From Candidatus Doudnabacteria bacterium RIFCSPHIGHO2_02_FULL_42_25 (GTDB taxonomy: Bacteria; Patescibacteriota; Doudnabacteria; UBA920; O2-02-FULL-48-8), in assembly GCA_001777665.1 (NCBI GenBank), contig MFEQ01000003.1, forward strand, positions 11,258 to 75,257: a stretch of 64,000 nucleotides of DNA. The letters run 5' to 3'. The number at the start of each line of letters is the position of its first letter. Position 1 is the stretch's first letter. Positions 29,443 through 39,025 of this stretch are shown in pieces. Below the pieces are notes generated by a model. It searched no databases, was not told the DNA's origin, and saw only the letters and a list, made by a program, of their open reading frames with translations. The position numbers and the translations under genes are program-made.

Positions 29443-29550
29443 TGAAACAATGAAACATTTGACAAAGAACCCCAACAAAAAAGACTTCACTGGGTTTACA
29501 GGACATCACTTTTCCAGTAAAATAAACTGCAAGATGTTGTAGAGAATTTT

Positions 29551-29625
29551 GCCCTTATCGTTCAATGGATAGGACAGGGATTTCCTAAATCTCAAACCCA
29601 GGTTCGACTCCTGGTAAGGGCACCA
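29551..29625 (+). tRNA. tRNA-Arg(CCT)
   Basis: GGGAT-TTCCTAA-ATCTC; CCA. Confidence 0.95.
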
Positions 29626-29780
29626 GAAGCTCGCAATTTACCGTTCGAAACACGGCGTCAAATTTCGCTAGTCGCTAAATTTGCGCCTAAGCTCTCGTCC
29701 TCGTTGCGGTTATGCAACTTCGGACTGCGAGATTGTTTCTCACTCGGCAAATTGCTCGCCGGAAATTTATTGATAGACGT

Positions 29781-29854
29781 GGGCCCATAGTATAATGGTA
29801 ATACGCGACTATGGCATAGTTGAGTCTGGGGTTCGATTCCCCATGGGTCCACCA
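29781..29854 (+). tRNA. tRNA-Ala(GGC)
   Basis: CGACT-ATGGCAT-AGTTG; G3.U70 pair; CCA. Confidence 0.95.
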
Positions 29855-29910
29855 AAGAAGACTTCGTGAAAGATTCGTGAAGTCTTTTTTGTTTTTGCTA
29901 TAATACAATC

Positions 29911-30612
29911 ATGAAATTTCCGACATATAAATACGAAACAAAAAAGATGGATGAGGGATTTCGAGTTGTGGCTGGATGTGATGAAGTGGGGATAGCACCA
30001 ATTGCTGGTCCTGTGGTTGCAGCAACGGTAATTTTAGATGCGACATCGATAGGGAAGCAGAGATCGAAAAGTAAATGGTGGTATCGCGTGAGAGATTCCA
30101 AAACAGTTGATGAAAAAGAACGCAATGAATTAGTTAGTTTTATCAAAGATCACTGCATTGATTTTGGTGTCGGTGTCGTGTCACACGAAACGATTGATGA
30201 AATAAATATTTACCAAGCTTCACTCCTCGCCATGGAAAAATCTGTGAGTGAATTAAACACTGTTCCGGATTTTCTTTTCTTAGATGGCATCCATAAGTTA
30301 ACAAAGCTTTCTATCGTGCAACAACCAGTCATCAGTGGTGACGCAAAAATTTTGTCGATCAGTGCCGCATCGCTCGTCGCGAAAGTTGCACGCGATAAAA
30401 TTTTGCATGAGATGCATGAAATTTTTCCTGAATACGGATTTGATAAACATAAAGGTTACGGTACCCAGTTCCACAAGACCGCCCTGATGAAACACGGCGT
30501 GACGCCGATGCATCGCCAAACTTTTGGCTTTGTAGCTTTGTGTTTGAAGCGGATGAAGTCAATGAATAATTTTAAGAAAATTTTTCTAGCCCCAGAACCA
30601 TCCCGGACTTGA
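29911..30612 (+). CDS. rnhB: Ribonuclease HII
   Basis: GCDEVG..AGPVVA, DSK, SISAASLVAKVARD, HKGYGT. Confidence 0.95.
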   Translation: MKFPTYKYETKKMDEGFRVVAGCDEVGIAPIAGPVVAATVILDATSIGKQRSKSKWWYRVRDSKTVDEKERNELVSFIKDHCIDFGVGVVSHETIDEINIYQASLLAMEKSVSELNTVPDFLFLDGIHKLTKLSIVQQPVISGDAKILSISAASLVAKVARDKILHEMHEIFPEYGFDKHKGYGTQFHKTALMKHGVTPMHRQTFGFVALCLKRMKSMNNFKKIFLAPEPSRT

Positions 30613-30647
30613 TCCGGGATCCATACCATATTAAAATAAGATGATAC

Positions 30648-30737
30648 GGTGGGTTGTGCCGAATTGGCTAAGGCACCGGTTTCGAAAACCGGCGCCCCTC
30701 ACGGGGCTTACAGGTTCGAGTCCTGTACCCACCGCCA
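30648..30737 (+). tRNA. tRNA-Ser(CGA)
   Basis: CCGGT-TTCGAAA-ACCGG; long variable arm; GCCA. Confidence 0.95.
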
Positions 30738-30757
30738 GTAAATTTTTAACTTGCTCA

Positions 30758-31120
30758 ATGATCTACAGATTCTATAAAAATGAGACGGGTTGGTTTATAG
30801 ATCTGCCTAACTACCCACTTTCCAAAGCACATTTAGCCATGGTTAAAGGTGCCGATATACTGCTCAATCAGCTCTCGGAAAATGGCAATGAAATTTACGC
30901 AGAGATTTCCACCCAACCCATCCCTGATTACACGGACGTATTGGATAGAGTAAAAAAGCTCGGCCTTAGTAAAGGCGCGATATACAAAGGAAATAAAATC
31001 AAAATAAACTATAAAATCTTAGAAGAAAATAACCTTTGGTTATGTCCAGTGACGCTCTTTGTATTTTGGTATTATCCGAAGAGAATATATTATAGAATCC
31101 TCCCGTCTCCGCCAAAATGA
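30758..31120 (+). CDS. Hypothetical protein (DUF6717-like)
   Basis: WFIDLP..LAMVKGAD..LWLCPVTLFVF..YPKRIY; start moved downstream of tRNA-Ser. Confidence 0.7.
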   Translation: MIYRFYKNETGWFIDLPNYPLSKAHLAMVKGADILLNQLSENGNEIYAEISTQPIPDYTDVLDRVKKLGLSKGAIYKGNKIKINYKILEENNLWLCPVTLFVFWYYPKRIYYRILPSPPK

Positions 31121-31182
31121 TATATCCAAAGGTCCCTTTTCGTAATTGACATTTGTATCCGTGTTTGCTATCATGCAAACAA

Positions 31183-31695
31183 ATGAGGACAGTAGGATAT
31201 AAGCTTAATAAACAGCAGCAGGAAGGGCTTTTTGTTAAATTGGCGAGAGCTGTAGCTTTGTTGCGCAATCCGGTCGAAGGAGCGGAGTTTATCAAGGATT
31301 TACTTTCTGAATCCGAAGTAATTATGTTGGCGCGAAGACTGCAGGTAGCGGAATTGCTGATTGAGGGTAAAACTTACCGTGAGATTAGCAAGGAACTAAA
31401 AGTTGGGTTAAATACAATAGTAAAAATTCAAACTTGGCTGAATCTTTACGGGGAGGGTTACCGAAGTGTTGTTGCCAAAATGAGTAAACAAGCGAAAGAT
31501 CGCCAGGAACCCGATCCGCATAGGCCTTTTGCTGAACTTAAACGCAAGTATCCACTATATTTTTGGCCACAGCTGTTGTTAGAGGAATTAGTAAAAACTG
31601 CCAATAAACGTGAAAAAGAAAGACTGCGGAAGATTATAAGTCAATCAAAAGAAAAGACGCAGTTATCCAGACAGTTATCAAAACTGCTACAATAA
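31183..31695 (+). CDS. YerC/YecD (TrpR-like) protein
   Basis: FIKDLLSESEVIMLARRLQVAELL..TYREIS. Confidence 0.85.
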   Translation: MRTVGYKLNKQQQEGLFVKLARAVALLRNPVEGAEFIKDLLSESEVIMLARRLQVAELLIEGKTYREISKELKVGLNTIVKIQTWLNLYGEGYRSVVAKMSKQAKDRQEPDPHRPFAELKRKYPLYFWPQLLLEELVKTANKREKERLRKIISQSKEKTQLSRQLSKLLQ

Positions 31696-31699
31696 CCAC

Positions 31700-32854
31700 A
31701 TGGCAAAAACAAAAATTCTAGTATTGTGCACAGCCGTCGGATATGGCATCAAAGCCACAGCTGACAATATCGCCCAGCAGTTAAGTAAATCTGAAGAATA
31801 TGAAGTCCGCTCGGAAACAGTGGAAAAAGTTGAAAGCGGCATGGCGAGTTCGGCGGTTATAAAAATTTATTTAATGCTCCTAGATAAAATTTCACCGGTC
31901 TGGGGGTATTTGTATAGTTCGCGTCTGGTTATGGCGATAAGTTTGCCGATGCGAAAATTTCTGGCATCATTCAAGGTCAAAAATGTTTTACAAATTTTGC
32001 GAGAGTTCCAACCAGCGATCGTCATCTCGACTCAAACCGTGCCATCCGGGATTATCGCTTATCTGAAATCCAAAGGTCTGTATTTGGGAAAATTAGTTAT
32101 AGTTTTTTCGGATTATCATTTGCACTCTTTCTGGTTGTATGATGAAGCGGATTTGTATATTTGTAATATTCCAGAACAAGTAGACGAACTGAAAAAATTA
32201 GGAGTGCCAGAATCTAAAATTCGTTTGACTGGAACCTTGGTTGCTGAAAAGTTTTTTCAGGACATCAGTAAAGATAACGCACGTGATCAGCTGGGGTTGC
32301 TAAAAAGTATGCCTATGGTACTCATGGGTGGGGCGGGGAGAGCCAGAGCCTCGAACAAAGAAGTATTCAAACAGTTACTGCGGAGCTCCAGGTCATTTCA
32401 AGTCGTAGTTATATGTGGGAAGAACGAAGAGTTGCGCGAGGAGCTGTCAGCCATATCAGCTCCAGCGCCACATCCGGTTCGAATTTTGGGCTATGTCGAT
32501 AACATGGAAGTACTGATGTCTGCGGCTGACGTTTTGATTTATAAAACCGGGGGACCGAGTATGGCCGAAGCTGTGATTAAGAAGCTACCTATGATCTTAA
32601 CCGATATTCGGCCAGGGCATGAATTGATCAATCTGAATTATTTAGTAAATAATGGGATAGCGAAGTATGCCAGGATTCCCAGAGAAGCCGTTTTTATGGC
32701 TGAACAAGTTTTGGATGGAAAAACTGTATTTAATCACGAAAAAAATTATGAAAAAATCGTTAAGCCCCCTGGAGCAGTGACATTAGTGGAAGCTATCAAA
32801 GATATTATCCCCGAACCAGAGGGTCTAAAAATCAAGAATTATCAAGAAAATTGA
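31700..32854 (+). CDS. MGDG synthase/UgtP-like GT28 glycosyltransferase
   Basis: SDYHLHSFW, VICGKN, GYVDNMEVLMSAAD..KTGGPSMAEA. Confidence 0.88.
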   Translation: MAKTKILVLCTAVGYGIKATADNIAQQLSKSEEYEVRSETVEKVESGMASSAVIKIYLMLLDKISPVWGYLYSSRLVMAISLPMRKFLASFKVKNVLQILREFQPAIVISTQTVPSGIIAYLKSKGLYLGKLVIVFSDYHLHSFWLYDEADLYICNIPEQVDELKKLGVPESKIRLTGTLVAEKFFQDISKDNARDQLGLLKSMPMVLMGGAGRARASNKEVFKQLLRSSRSFQVVVICGKNEELREELSAISAPAPHPVRILGYVDNMEVLMSAADVLIYKTGGPSMAEAVIKKLPMILTDIRPGHELINLNYLVNNGIAKYARIPREAVFMAEQVLDGKTVFNHEKNYEKIVKPPGAVTLVEAIKDIIPEPEGLKIKNYQEN

Positions 32855-32908
32855 ACCATTTGACATTCATTGGCCAATAAATTAATATCAAGCTACAAGT
32901 TAAATCCT

Positions 32909-33370
32909 ATGGCCAAAGATAAGAATTTAATCAACAAACTAATGGGGACACAAACTATGGAAGACGAGCAAGAAACCGATTTGGAAACCACCAATGTACA
33001 GCAGGAGGGGAGTTCGGAAGATTGGCTTTCAGAGTATGAAGGACAGCTGACTATAGATATGTATCAGACGAAAGATAATGTCATTATCAAATCCACAATT
33101 GCTGGGGTGAAACCAGAAGATATCGATGTCACGATAGCCAATGACATGGTCACTGTTCGAGGCGAGCGAAAGCGAGACTTCGAAGCTTCTAGTGAAGATT
33201 ATTTCTATCAAGAATGTTATTGGGGATCGTTTAGCCGATCAGTGGTACTGCCAGTAGATGTAGATATCGAGAATGTCAGTGCTGATCTCAAAGATGGAAT
33301 TCTCACCGTGGTACTTCCAAAGGCTGCGAAATCCAAAGCCAAGAAGATCCGAGTTGGCGCTCGAACCTAA
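32909..33370 (+). CDS. Hsp20/alpha-crystallin small heat-shock protein
   Basis: IAGVKPEDIDV, WGSFSRSVVLP, DGILTVVLPK. Confidence 0.92.
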   Translation: MAKDKNLINKLMGTQTMEDEQETDLETTNVQQEGSSEDWLSEYEGQLTIDMYQTKDNVIIKSTIAGVKPEDIDVTIANDMVTVRGERKRDFEASSEDYFYQECYWGSFSRSVVLPVDVDIENVSADLKDGILTVVLPKAAKSKAKKIRVGART

Positions 33371-33449
33371 ATTTAGTAAAACAAAACTTAATAAAACAAA
33401 CAATTAATGTGAGAGAGAATTAAAGGCGGCGGATAGTCGCTTTTAATTT

Positions 33450-33848
33450 ATGTATAAAAATGATTTTGATAAATGGAACGAAATAAAAAAACGAGTTCAT
33501 TCTCAGAAAATTTTTCACCATCCGTTCCCAAAAGAGGGAGAAGTCTGGATGAGCATCCTAGGTAGAAATGTAGGATTTGAACAGAATGGTGGAGGTAATA
33601 ATTTTTCCCGACCGATCTTAGTAATCAAAAAGTTTAATAATCAAATGTTTTGGATAGCTCCATTAAGTACGAAACAAAAAAATTTGGACTTTTATTATAA
33701 TTTTATAGATTCAGATCATCGAAAGGTATCAGTGATTTTAGCCCAACTAAGATTGATAAGTGTGAAAAGATTTAAACGTAAAATGTACGAATTATCAGCT
33801 TCGAAGTTTGAAAATATTAAACAGATTTTAAAAAGTTTCATAGCCTAA
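33450..33848 (+). CDS. PemK/MazF-family toxin-like protein with no adjacent protein antitoxin
   Basis: EGEVWMSILGRNVGFEQNG..RPILVIKK..APLST..ILAQLRLISVKRF. Confidence 0.85.
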   Translation: MYKNDFDKWNEIKKRVHSQKIFHHPFPKEGEVWMSILGRNVGFEQNGGGNNFSRPILVIKKFNNQMFWIAPLSTKQKNLDFYYNFIDSDHRKVSVILAQLRLISVKRFKRKMYELSASKFENIKQILKSFIA

Positions 33849-33900
33849 AAATCGAAACCCCGCTATAAGCGGGGTTTCTCGGAGCCCGAAGGCACTTTAT
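33846..33900 (-). ncRNA. Candidate sRNA convergent with the PemK-like gene
   Basis: Minus-strand TTGACA(33935-33930)-17-TATAAT(33912-33907); GCC-UUCG-GGC hairpin then terminator GAAACCCCGCT/AGCGGGGTTTC. Confidence 0.6.
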
Positions 33901-33969
33901 ATTGACATTATATAGTTAACGTATATTTTTGTCAATGAATGGTATATTATATTTTTACTATCAAACTCT

Positions 33970-34068
33970 ATGAGCGAATTACCTTTTTGGAGAAAAGCGC
34001 TATTAATTATAGTCCTTGTAATTGCAGCTATACTAGCAGCAGCTTTTGTCCTGACATTTTTCTTATAA
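33970..34068 (+). CDS. 32-aa hydrophobic peptide
   Basis: MSELPFWRKALLIIVLVIAAILAAAFVLTFFL followed by hairpin GGCGAGTC-GCAA-GACTTGCC. Confidence 0.5.
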   Translation: MSELPFWRKALLIIVLVIAAILAAAFVLTFFL

Positions 34069-34093
34069 AAAAGGGCGAGTCGCAAGACTTGCC

Positions 34094-34669
34094 TTAGTGT
34101 CTGATCGTGGCAACAATGTAGTTGCGCATTATCAGATGTCCTCTGAGATCTGTATAAGCCACGGTGGCAACCGATAACCAGGCAATTTTTGGAACCGTAA
34201 AACTTATTCGCGGCCCCACAAGTGCTTGGTTTTTTATGTTCCCGTTCAGCCCGGTTACAGCTTCGAATTCGAATCCAGATCGGAACACGAAGTTTTTGAT
34301 CTGTAAGGGAGATGTTACAAAGACACTGGCTAAGGTCAGATTCGGCCGAATCTGGAATTCGGTATAGAGGTCCGTCCGTTTGTTCCGGTTATAGGCTCGA
34401 ACATTTATTAAAGGAGTCCGCGTACTTGCGGTAAAAACTCCACCGGACATGATCTCTAACCAATTCTGCCCATCTTTCATCAGCCAGCCTGCCACTATGA
34501 CCGTGCGAAAAGGCTGTGTGATATCTGGGAAAATTGTCCAGCCAGCAATCCCTCTTCCTTCATTGTTAGGGATTTGCCAGTGAACCAAGGGACGGAGTTG
34601 ATAGTCACTATGTTGTCCTGCAAAAAGCGGGGAAGTAACCAAGAGCAAGGCGAGCACGAGTTTGTACAC
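34094..34669 (-). CDS. Secreted hypothetical beta-rich protein
   Basis: AAGGAGGA SD before GTG 34669; signal peptide; divergent from the TrmB gene. Confidence 0.7.
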   Translation of the reverse strand: MYKLVLALLLVTSPLFAGQHSDYQLRPLVHWQIPNNEGRGIAGWTIFPDITQPFRTVIVAGWLMKDGQNWLEIMSGGVFTASTRTPLINVRAYNRNKRTDLYTEFQIRPNLTLASVFVTSPLQIKNFVFRSGFEFEAVTGLNGNIKNQALVGPRISFTVPKIAWLSVATVAYTDLRGHLIMRNYIVATIRH

Positions 34670-34775
34670 GAATCCTCCTTTAAGCCAATAGTCAGTTTGA
34701 CTCTTGACGCCAAAGCATATATTATGTATAAAGAGTGGCCAATAGCACCATATGGTGATAATTAACACCACATAA

Positions 34776-35537
34776 ATGTATCAAGAAACATTCCAATTGT
34801 TGGGTTTAAGCCCAAATGAAGCTAAAATTTATGAAACTTTAGTTAGTTCCGGCGAATCTTCCGTTGGTGATATAGCGATTAATGCTAAGATTCACCGACG
34901 GAACGTATACGATTCGATCCAAAGACTAATTGAGAAGGGGCTGTGTTTCGAAATTCTTTCAAGTAGCGAAAACAAATATAGCGCAGTTGATCCAGGCAAG
35001 CTTTCTGAATTGATAGCAGAGAAACAGCAGAAACTAAATTTAATTCTGCCGGAACTTCAAAAGAAATTTCGACAAGGGACTTCGAAAGAAGAGGCTTATA
35101 TTTATCGTGGTTTTGAAGGCCAAAAAAATATTTGGAGAGATATTTTAAGAGTGGGGAAGGACAGTTTTTACATTGGAGCCAAAGGCGCGTGGTTTGATCC
35201 AAAACTAGATAAAATAGCCCGTGATGCATTTTTCAAAGAAGCTAATCGCAAAAAAATAAAATTTATCCAATTATTTGATTACGAAGTACAGTACGAAATT
35301 CCTGACTTTCCACATCATTTTCCAGGGAATTTGAAATACAGATTTTTGCCGAAGGAATATTCAACTAGTTCAGGTCTGGGAATTTATGGGGATTATATTG
35401 TTACGTATACGGGTATGAGTATTAAACATATCAATGAAGACACGGTGTTTTTTATTATGAAAAGCAAAGATCTAGCGGAAAGCTATCGTACTTGGTTTTG
35501 GTACATGTGGGAGCAGTCAACACCAGCAAAGAAATGA
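34776..35537 (+). CDS. TrmB-family transcriptional regulator
   Basis: LGLSPNEAKIYETL..IHRRNVYDSIQRLIEKGL. Confidence 0.87.
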   Translation: MYQETFQLLGLSPNEAKIYETLVSSGESSVGDIAINAKIHRRNVYDSIQRLIEKGLCFEILSSSENKYSAVDPGKLSELIAEKQQKLNLILPELQKKFRQGTSKEEAYIYRGFEGQKNIWRDILRVGKDSFYIGAKGAWFDPKLDKIARDAFFKEANRKKIKFIQLFDYEVQYEIPDFPHHFPGNLKYRFLPKEYSTSSGLGIYGDYIVTYTGMSIKHINEDTVFFIMKSKDLAESYRTWFWYMWEQSTPAKK

Positions 35538-35595
35538 TCCTTGATTTTTGTTCGGGATTCTGGCATAATAACCTGTAAATTAATTTTACGGACGC

Positions 35596-37518
35596 ATGGA
35601 TATCTCTACACTATCTAAGCAATTGAATATGCCGGTTACACAGCTGCGATATAAAATTCGTGAAGCTGGTTTTTTCGTATCACCTAAAGCGAATAAGATT
35701 GATAATCAGATGGCGAAGCAAATAATCAATGCTTTGACTCAGACAAAGACTGAAGTCCCGACAGTTGCCCAGACGAAAGAAGTTTCTCTGCCAAAAGTTT
35801 TGAGTGTCAAAGAATTATCTACCAAATTGGGACTGGATGTAACAGTGGTCATCAAAAAGCTGATCCAAAATGGTGTGATGGCCACGATTAATGAAGAGAT
35901 TGATTATGATACTGCTGCGATAATTGCTGCAGATTTGGGCTTTAATGTTTCTGAAAAAACCGAAACCACTACTCGCTTGGGATTAGGTTATGTTTCAGAA
36001 GCAATAAAAAAAGAATCAGAAGAGAAGAATGAAGAGTTTATCATTCGCCCGCCGATCGTGGCGATTATGGGCCATGTTGACCATGGGAAAACTACACTTT
36101 TAGACACTATTCGCTCGACCAAGGTCGTGGACACTGAAGCTGGCCGAATTACTCAACATATAGGTGCATACCAAGTAGAACGTAATGGAAAATTTATTAC
36201 CTTCTTGGATACTCCAGGACATGAAGCTTTCGCGGCAATGCGCGCTCGTGGTGCAAATGTCACAGACATTATCGTATTAGTCGTGGCTGCAGATGATGGA
36301 GTGAAACCACAAACTATCGAAGTCATCAATCGCGCGAAGTTAACCGGCACACCATTAATCGTTGCGATTAATAAAGTGGATAAACCAGATTCGAATATTG
36401 AACGAGTCAAAAAAGAATTGTCTGACTATGGAGTACTGATCGAAGAGTGGGGTGGGAAGGTCCCGATTGCGAAACTATCCGCTTTAACAGGACAAGGCGT
36501 TGATGATTTATTGGATTTGATTTTATTGCAAGCAGAAGTTTTAGATTTAAAAGCCAATCCTAAAGGGGTAACATTAGCTACTGTCATCGAATCCCATGTT
36601 TCTCGAACTTTAGGATCTGTTGCTACTATTGTCGTGCAAAACGGAACTCTGAATCTGTCGGATTTCGTGGCGGCTGGAAAAGCTCATGGCAAAATTCGGT
36701 CCATGATGGATGCTAGGGGAGCGAAAATGAAATCAGCTGGGCCAGCTGCCGCTGTGCAAATTACAGGACTTTCTGATGTACCACAAGCCGGAGATATTTT
36801 GAAAACTTATGAAACTCAAGAAGAGGCACGAACTTATGCTGGAGATGTCATTAAATCTGATAGAGCTAAAAAAATTGCTGGTTCTAGAAGGTTGAATGTT
36901 ACTGGCAAAGATTTGAATTTAATTATCAAAGTTGATGTGAAGGGGAGTTTGGAAGCCATCAATGAGGCACTGAATAAACTGAAAAATGAAGAAGTCAAAA
37001 TCAATATCCTCGAAGAAGGTGTCGGTGAGATCAATGAAAACGATGTCTTGCGAGCGGCTTCGGCTGGGGGGACAATCATCGGGTTTCATACCAGACTTAG
37101 TCCGCAAGCTGCCAAATTAGCTCAAACAAAAAAAGTTATCGTCCAGCAATACGATATTATTTATGAATTACTCGAAGATATAACCAGACAAGTTGTCGAA
37201 ATGTTAACGCCGGAAGTTCTCCGCACTGATTTGGGCCGGGTCAAAATTTTGGGGATTTTCCGCACAGAAAAAGATCGAATGGTTATTGGCGGTGATGTGG
37301 CTGAAGGAAAAATTCGAGACAATGCGCAGTTTGAAATCAAACGCAATGATGAAATAGTTGGTAAGGGTCAAGTTTTGGAATTACAGCAAAATAAAGTTGC
37401 GGCGAAAGAAGTTTTGCGGGGTAGCCAGTTCGGCGCCAGTGTCAAAGCCAGCCCGAACGTCGAAGAAGGTGATGTATTGGTTTTGTTTGAAGAAACGATT
37501 AAGAAAAAGAGCTTATAA
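35596..37518 (+). CDS. infB: Translation initiation factor IF-2
   Basis: RPPIVAIMGHVDHGKTTLLD, DTPGHEAF, NKVD. Confidence 0.97.
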   Translation: MDISTLSKQLNMPVTQLRYKIREAGFFVSPKANKIDNQMAKQIINALTQTKTEVPTVAQTKEVSLPKVLSVKELSTKLGLDVTVVIKKLIQNGVMATINEEIDYDTAAIIAADLGFNVSEKTETTTRLGLGYVSEAIKKESEEKNEEFIIRPPIVAIMGHVDHGKTTLLDTIRSTKVVDTEAGRITQHIGAYQVERNGKFITFLDTPGHEAFAAMRARGANVTDIIVLVVAADDGVKPQTIEVINRAKLTGTPLIVAINKVDKPDSNIERVKKELSDYGVLIEEWGGKVPIAKLSALTGQGVDDLLDLILLQAEVLDLKANPKGVTLATVIESHVSRTLGSVATIVVQNGTLNLSDFVAAGKAHGKIRSMMDARGAKMKSAGPAAAVQITGLSDVPQAGDILKTYETQEEARTYAGDVIKSDRAKKIAGSRRLNVTGKDLNLIIKVDVKGSLEAINEALNKLKNEEVKINILEEGVGEINENDVLRAASAGGTIIGFHTRLSPQAAKLAQTKKVIVQQYDIIYELLEDITRQVVEMLTPEVLRTDLGRVKILGIFRTEKDRMVIGGDVAEGKIRDNAQFEIKRNDEIVGKGQVLELQQNKVAAKEVLRGSQFGASVKASPNVEEGDVLVLFEETIKKKSL

Positions 37519-37584
37519 AGTATTAAGGGGTGAGTATAAAGGGGTAAGGAACTCCTTAATACTTACTACTTAGCCCTTATCCCT

Positions 37585-37920
37585 ATGTCACGAAGAACCG
37601 AGAAAGTGGCGTCATTGATCCAACATGAGGTTGGAGAGTTTATTATCAAACTCGAACTGCCAGCACTGACGACAATTAGTAAAGTGGAAATTACTCCAGA
37701 CCTCAAGTGGGGAAAGCTTTGGGTTACCGTAATGGGTGATGATAAAGAGCAGAAAGAAGTATTAAGTATATTGGGTGAAAATTTACCAGAACTCCAAAGA
37801 TCACTGAATCAAAAATTAGAAATGAAATTTGTACCCAGAATAAAATTTGTCCTCGATCACGGGGAAGAGTACGCGGCCAAAATTAATGAGTTGTTGAGAA
37901 AAGCTCATGAATCCCGTTAG
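37585..37920 (+). CDS. rbfA: Ribosome-binding factor A
   Basis: RRTEKVASLI, TPDL, FVPRIKFVLD; follows infB. Confidence 0.92.
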   Translation: MSRRTEKVASLIQHEVGEFIIKLELPALTTISKVEITPDLKWGKLWVTVMGDDKEQKEVLSILGENLPELQRSLNQKLEMKFVPRIKFVLDHGEEYAAKINELLRKAHESR

Positions 37921-38012
37921 AAATTTTACATCGTTAGTGAGTCGTAATATTATACTCGAATCGGGATATTATAATAAATTTAATTATTTAACTAATCATT
38001 ATTTCTAACGGG
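37912..38012. mobile_element. MITE-like element with CCCGTTAGAAAT/ATTTCTAACGGG inverted termini
   Basis: Perfect terminal IRs; flanking ATGAA direct repeat (37907-37911 and 38013-38017). Confidence 0.75.
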
Positions 38013-38966
38013 ATGAAGACCAATAAACTACCATTTAAAAAAGCTCTAGAATTAATTAATAACTCCAACAGAGTGCTGTTGACCATGCATGAAGGACCAG
38101 ATGGCGATGATTTAGGTTCGCTTTTGGCCATGCGTTATTTCCTGAAGCAGTTGGGCAAAGAACCGACAGCAATCATCAAAGGGGATGTGCCTGATAATTT
38201 AAGTTTTCTTCCTGATGTAAATGTCATCAAGCAAGAGATCGATCATCTTAACTTTGATTTGGTGATTTTTTTTGGGTGTAATTTAGCAGCCCGAACTGGG
38301 TTTAAGCAATTAGAGAATTTAAAATTGTCTTCAATTAGTTTTGATCATCATCCGGACAATCAAGAATTTGCGATTGTCAATGTCGTGGATCCGGAGACTT
38401 CGGCTGTGGCAGAATTGGTTTATTATTTTTTGGAATTTGCTGATGCGGAGCTGACGAAAGAAATGGCAACGTGTTTACTAACGGGAATTTTTACAGACAC
38501 CGGTGGGTTCAAGCATGCCAATACTTCGTCTGAAGCTCTGGAAGTGGCGGCTCACTTGCTGAAAAAAGGGGCCAGGATAGATAAGATCGCCATCCAAACC
38601 ATGGGGAAGAAACGACCATCAGCCATTAAAGCTTGGGCCAAAGGCTTAGAGAATGCCCGATTTGATCCGGAAAAGAAAATGGTGTTTTCGGTACTAACTG
38701 AAGAAGATTTGCGAGAGATTGGGGCGACTGACGAAGATTTAGACGGGTTTGTGGAATTACTCAATAACATGCCACAATCTCGATTTGCTCTTTTACTTCG
38801 GCAAGATGGCGATGTAGTCCGAGGCAGTCTTCGTTCCGAACCCCAGAAAAAAGTAGATGTTTCGAAAATCGCCAAATCATTCGGCGGCGGCGGCCATAAA
38901 CTCGCCTCCGGGTTCAAGATCAAAGGCAAACTCAAAAAAGAAGGAGACGCGTGGTCTATTCAGTAG
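38013..38966 (+). CDS. nrnA: DHH/DHHA1 oligoribonuclease/pAp phosphatase
   Basis: HEGPDGDDLGS, DHH, DTGGF, SLRS, GGGGHKLASG. Confidence 0.92.
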   Translation: MKTNKLPFKKALELINNSNRVLLTMHEGPDGDDLGSLLAMRYFLKQLGKEPTAIIKGDVPDNLSFLPDVNVIKQEIDHLNFDLVIFFGCNLAARTGFKQLENLKLSSISFDHHPDNQEFAIVNVVDPETSAVAELVYYFLEFADAELTKEMATCLLTGIFTDTGGFKHANTSSEALEVAAHLLKKGARIDKIAIQTMGKKRPSAIKAWAKGLENARFDPEKKMVFSVLTEEDLREIGATDEDLDGFVELLNNMPQSRFALLLRQDGDVVRGSLRSEPQKKVDVSKIAKSFGGGGHKLASGFKIKGKLKKEGDAWSIQ

Positions 38967-39025
38967 TTTTTGATTCAGGCTTCACGTTTCAGGTTTCATG
39001 ACTTTTATGGTAGAATTAGTCACGT

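Noticed and set aside
20315-29908. Short minus-strand ORFs over tRNA genes (20315-20506, 23904-24182, 29658-29855, 29687-29908)
   Set aside because: Typical antisense translations of tRNA sequences
30641-30757. N-terminal extension of ORF 30641-31120
   Set aside because: Overlaps tRNA-Ser; start reassigned to 30758
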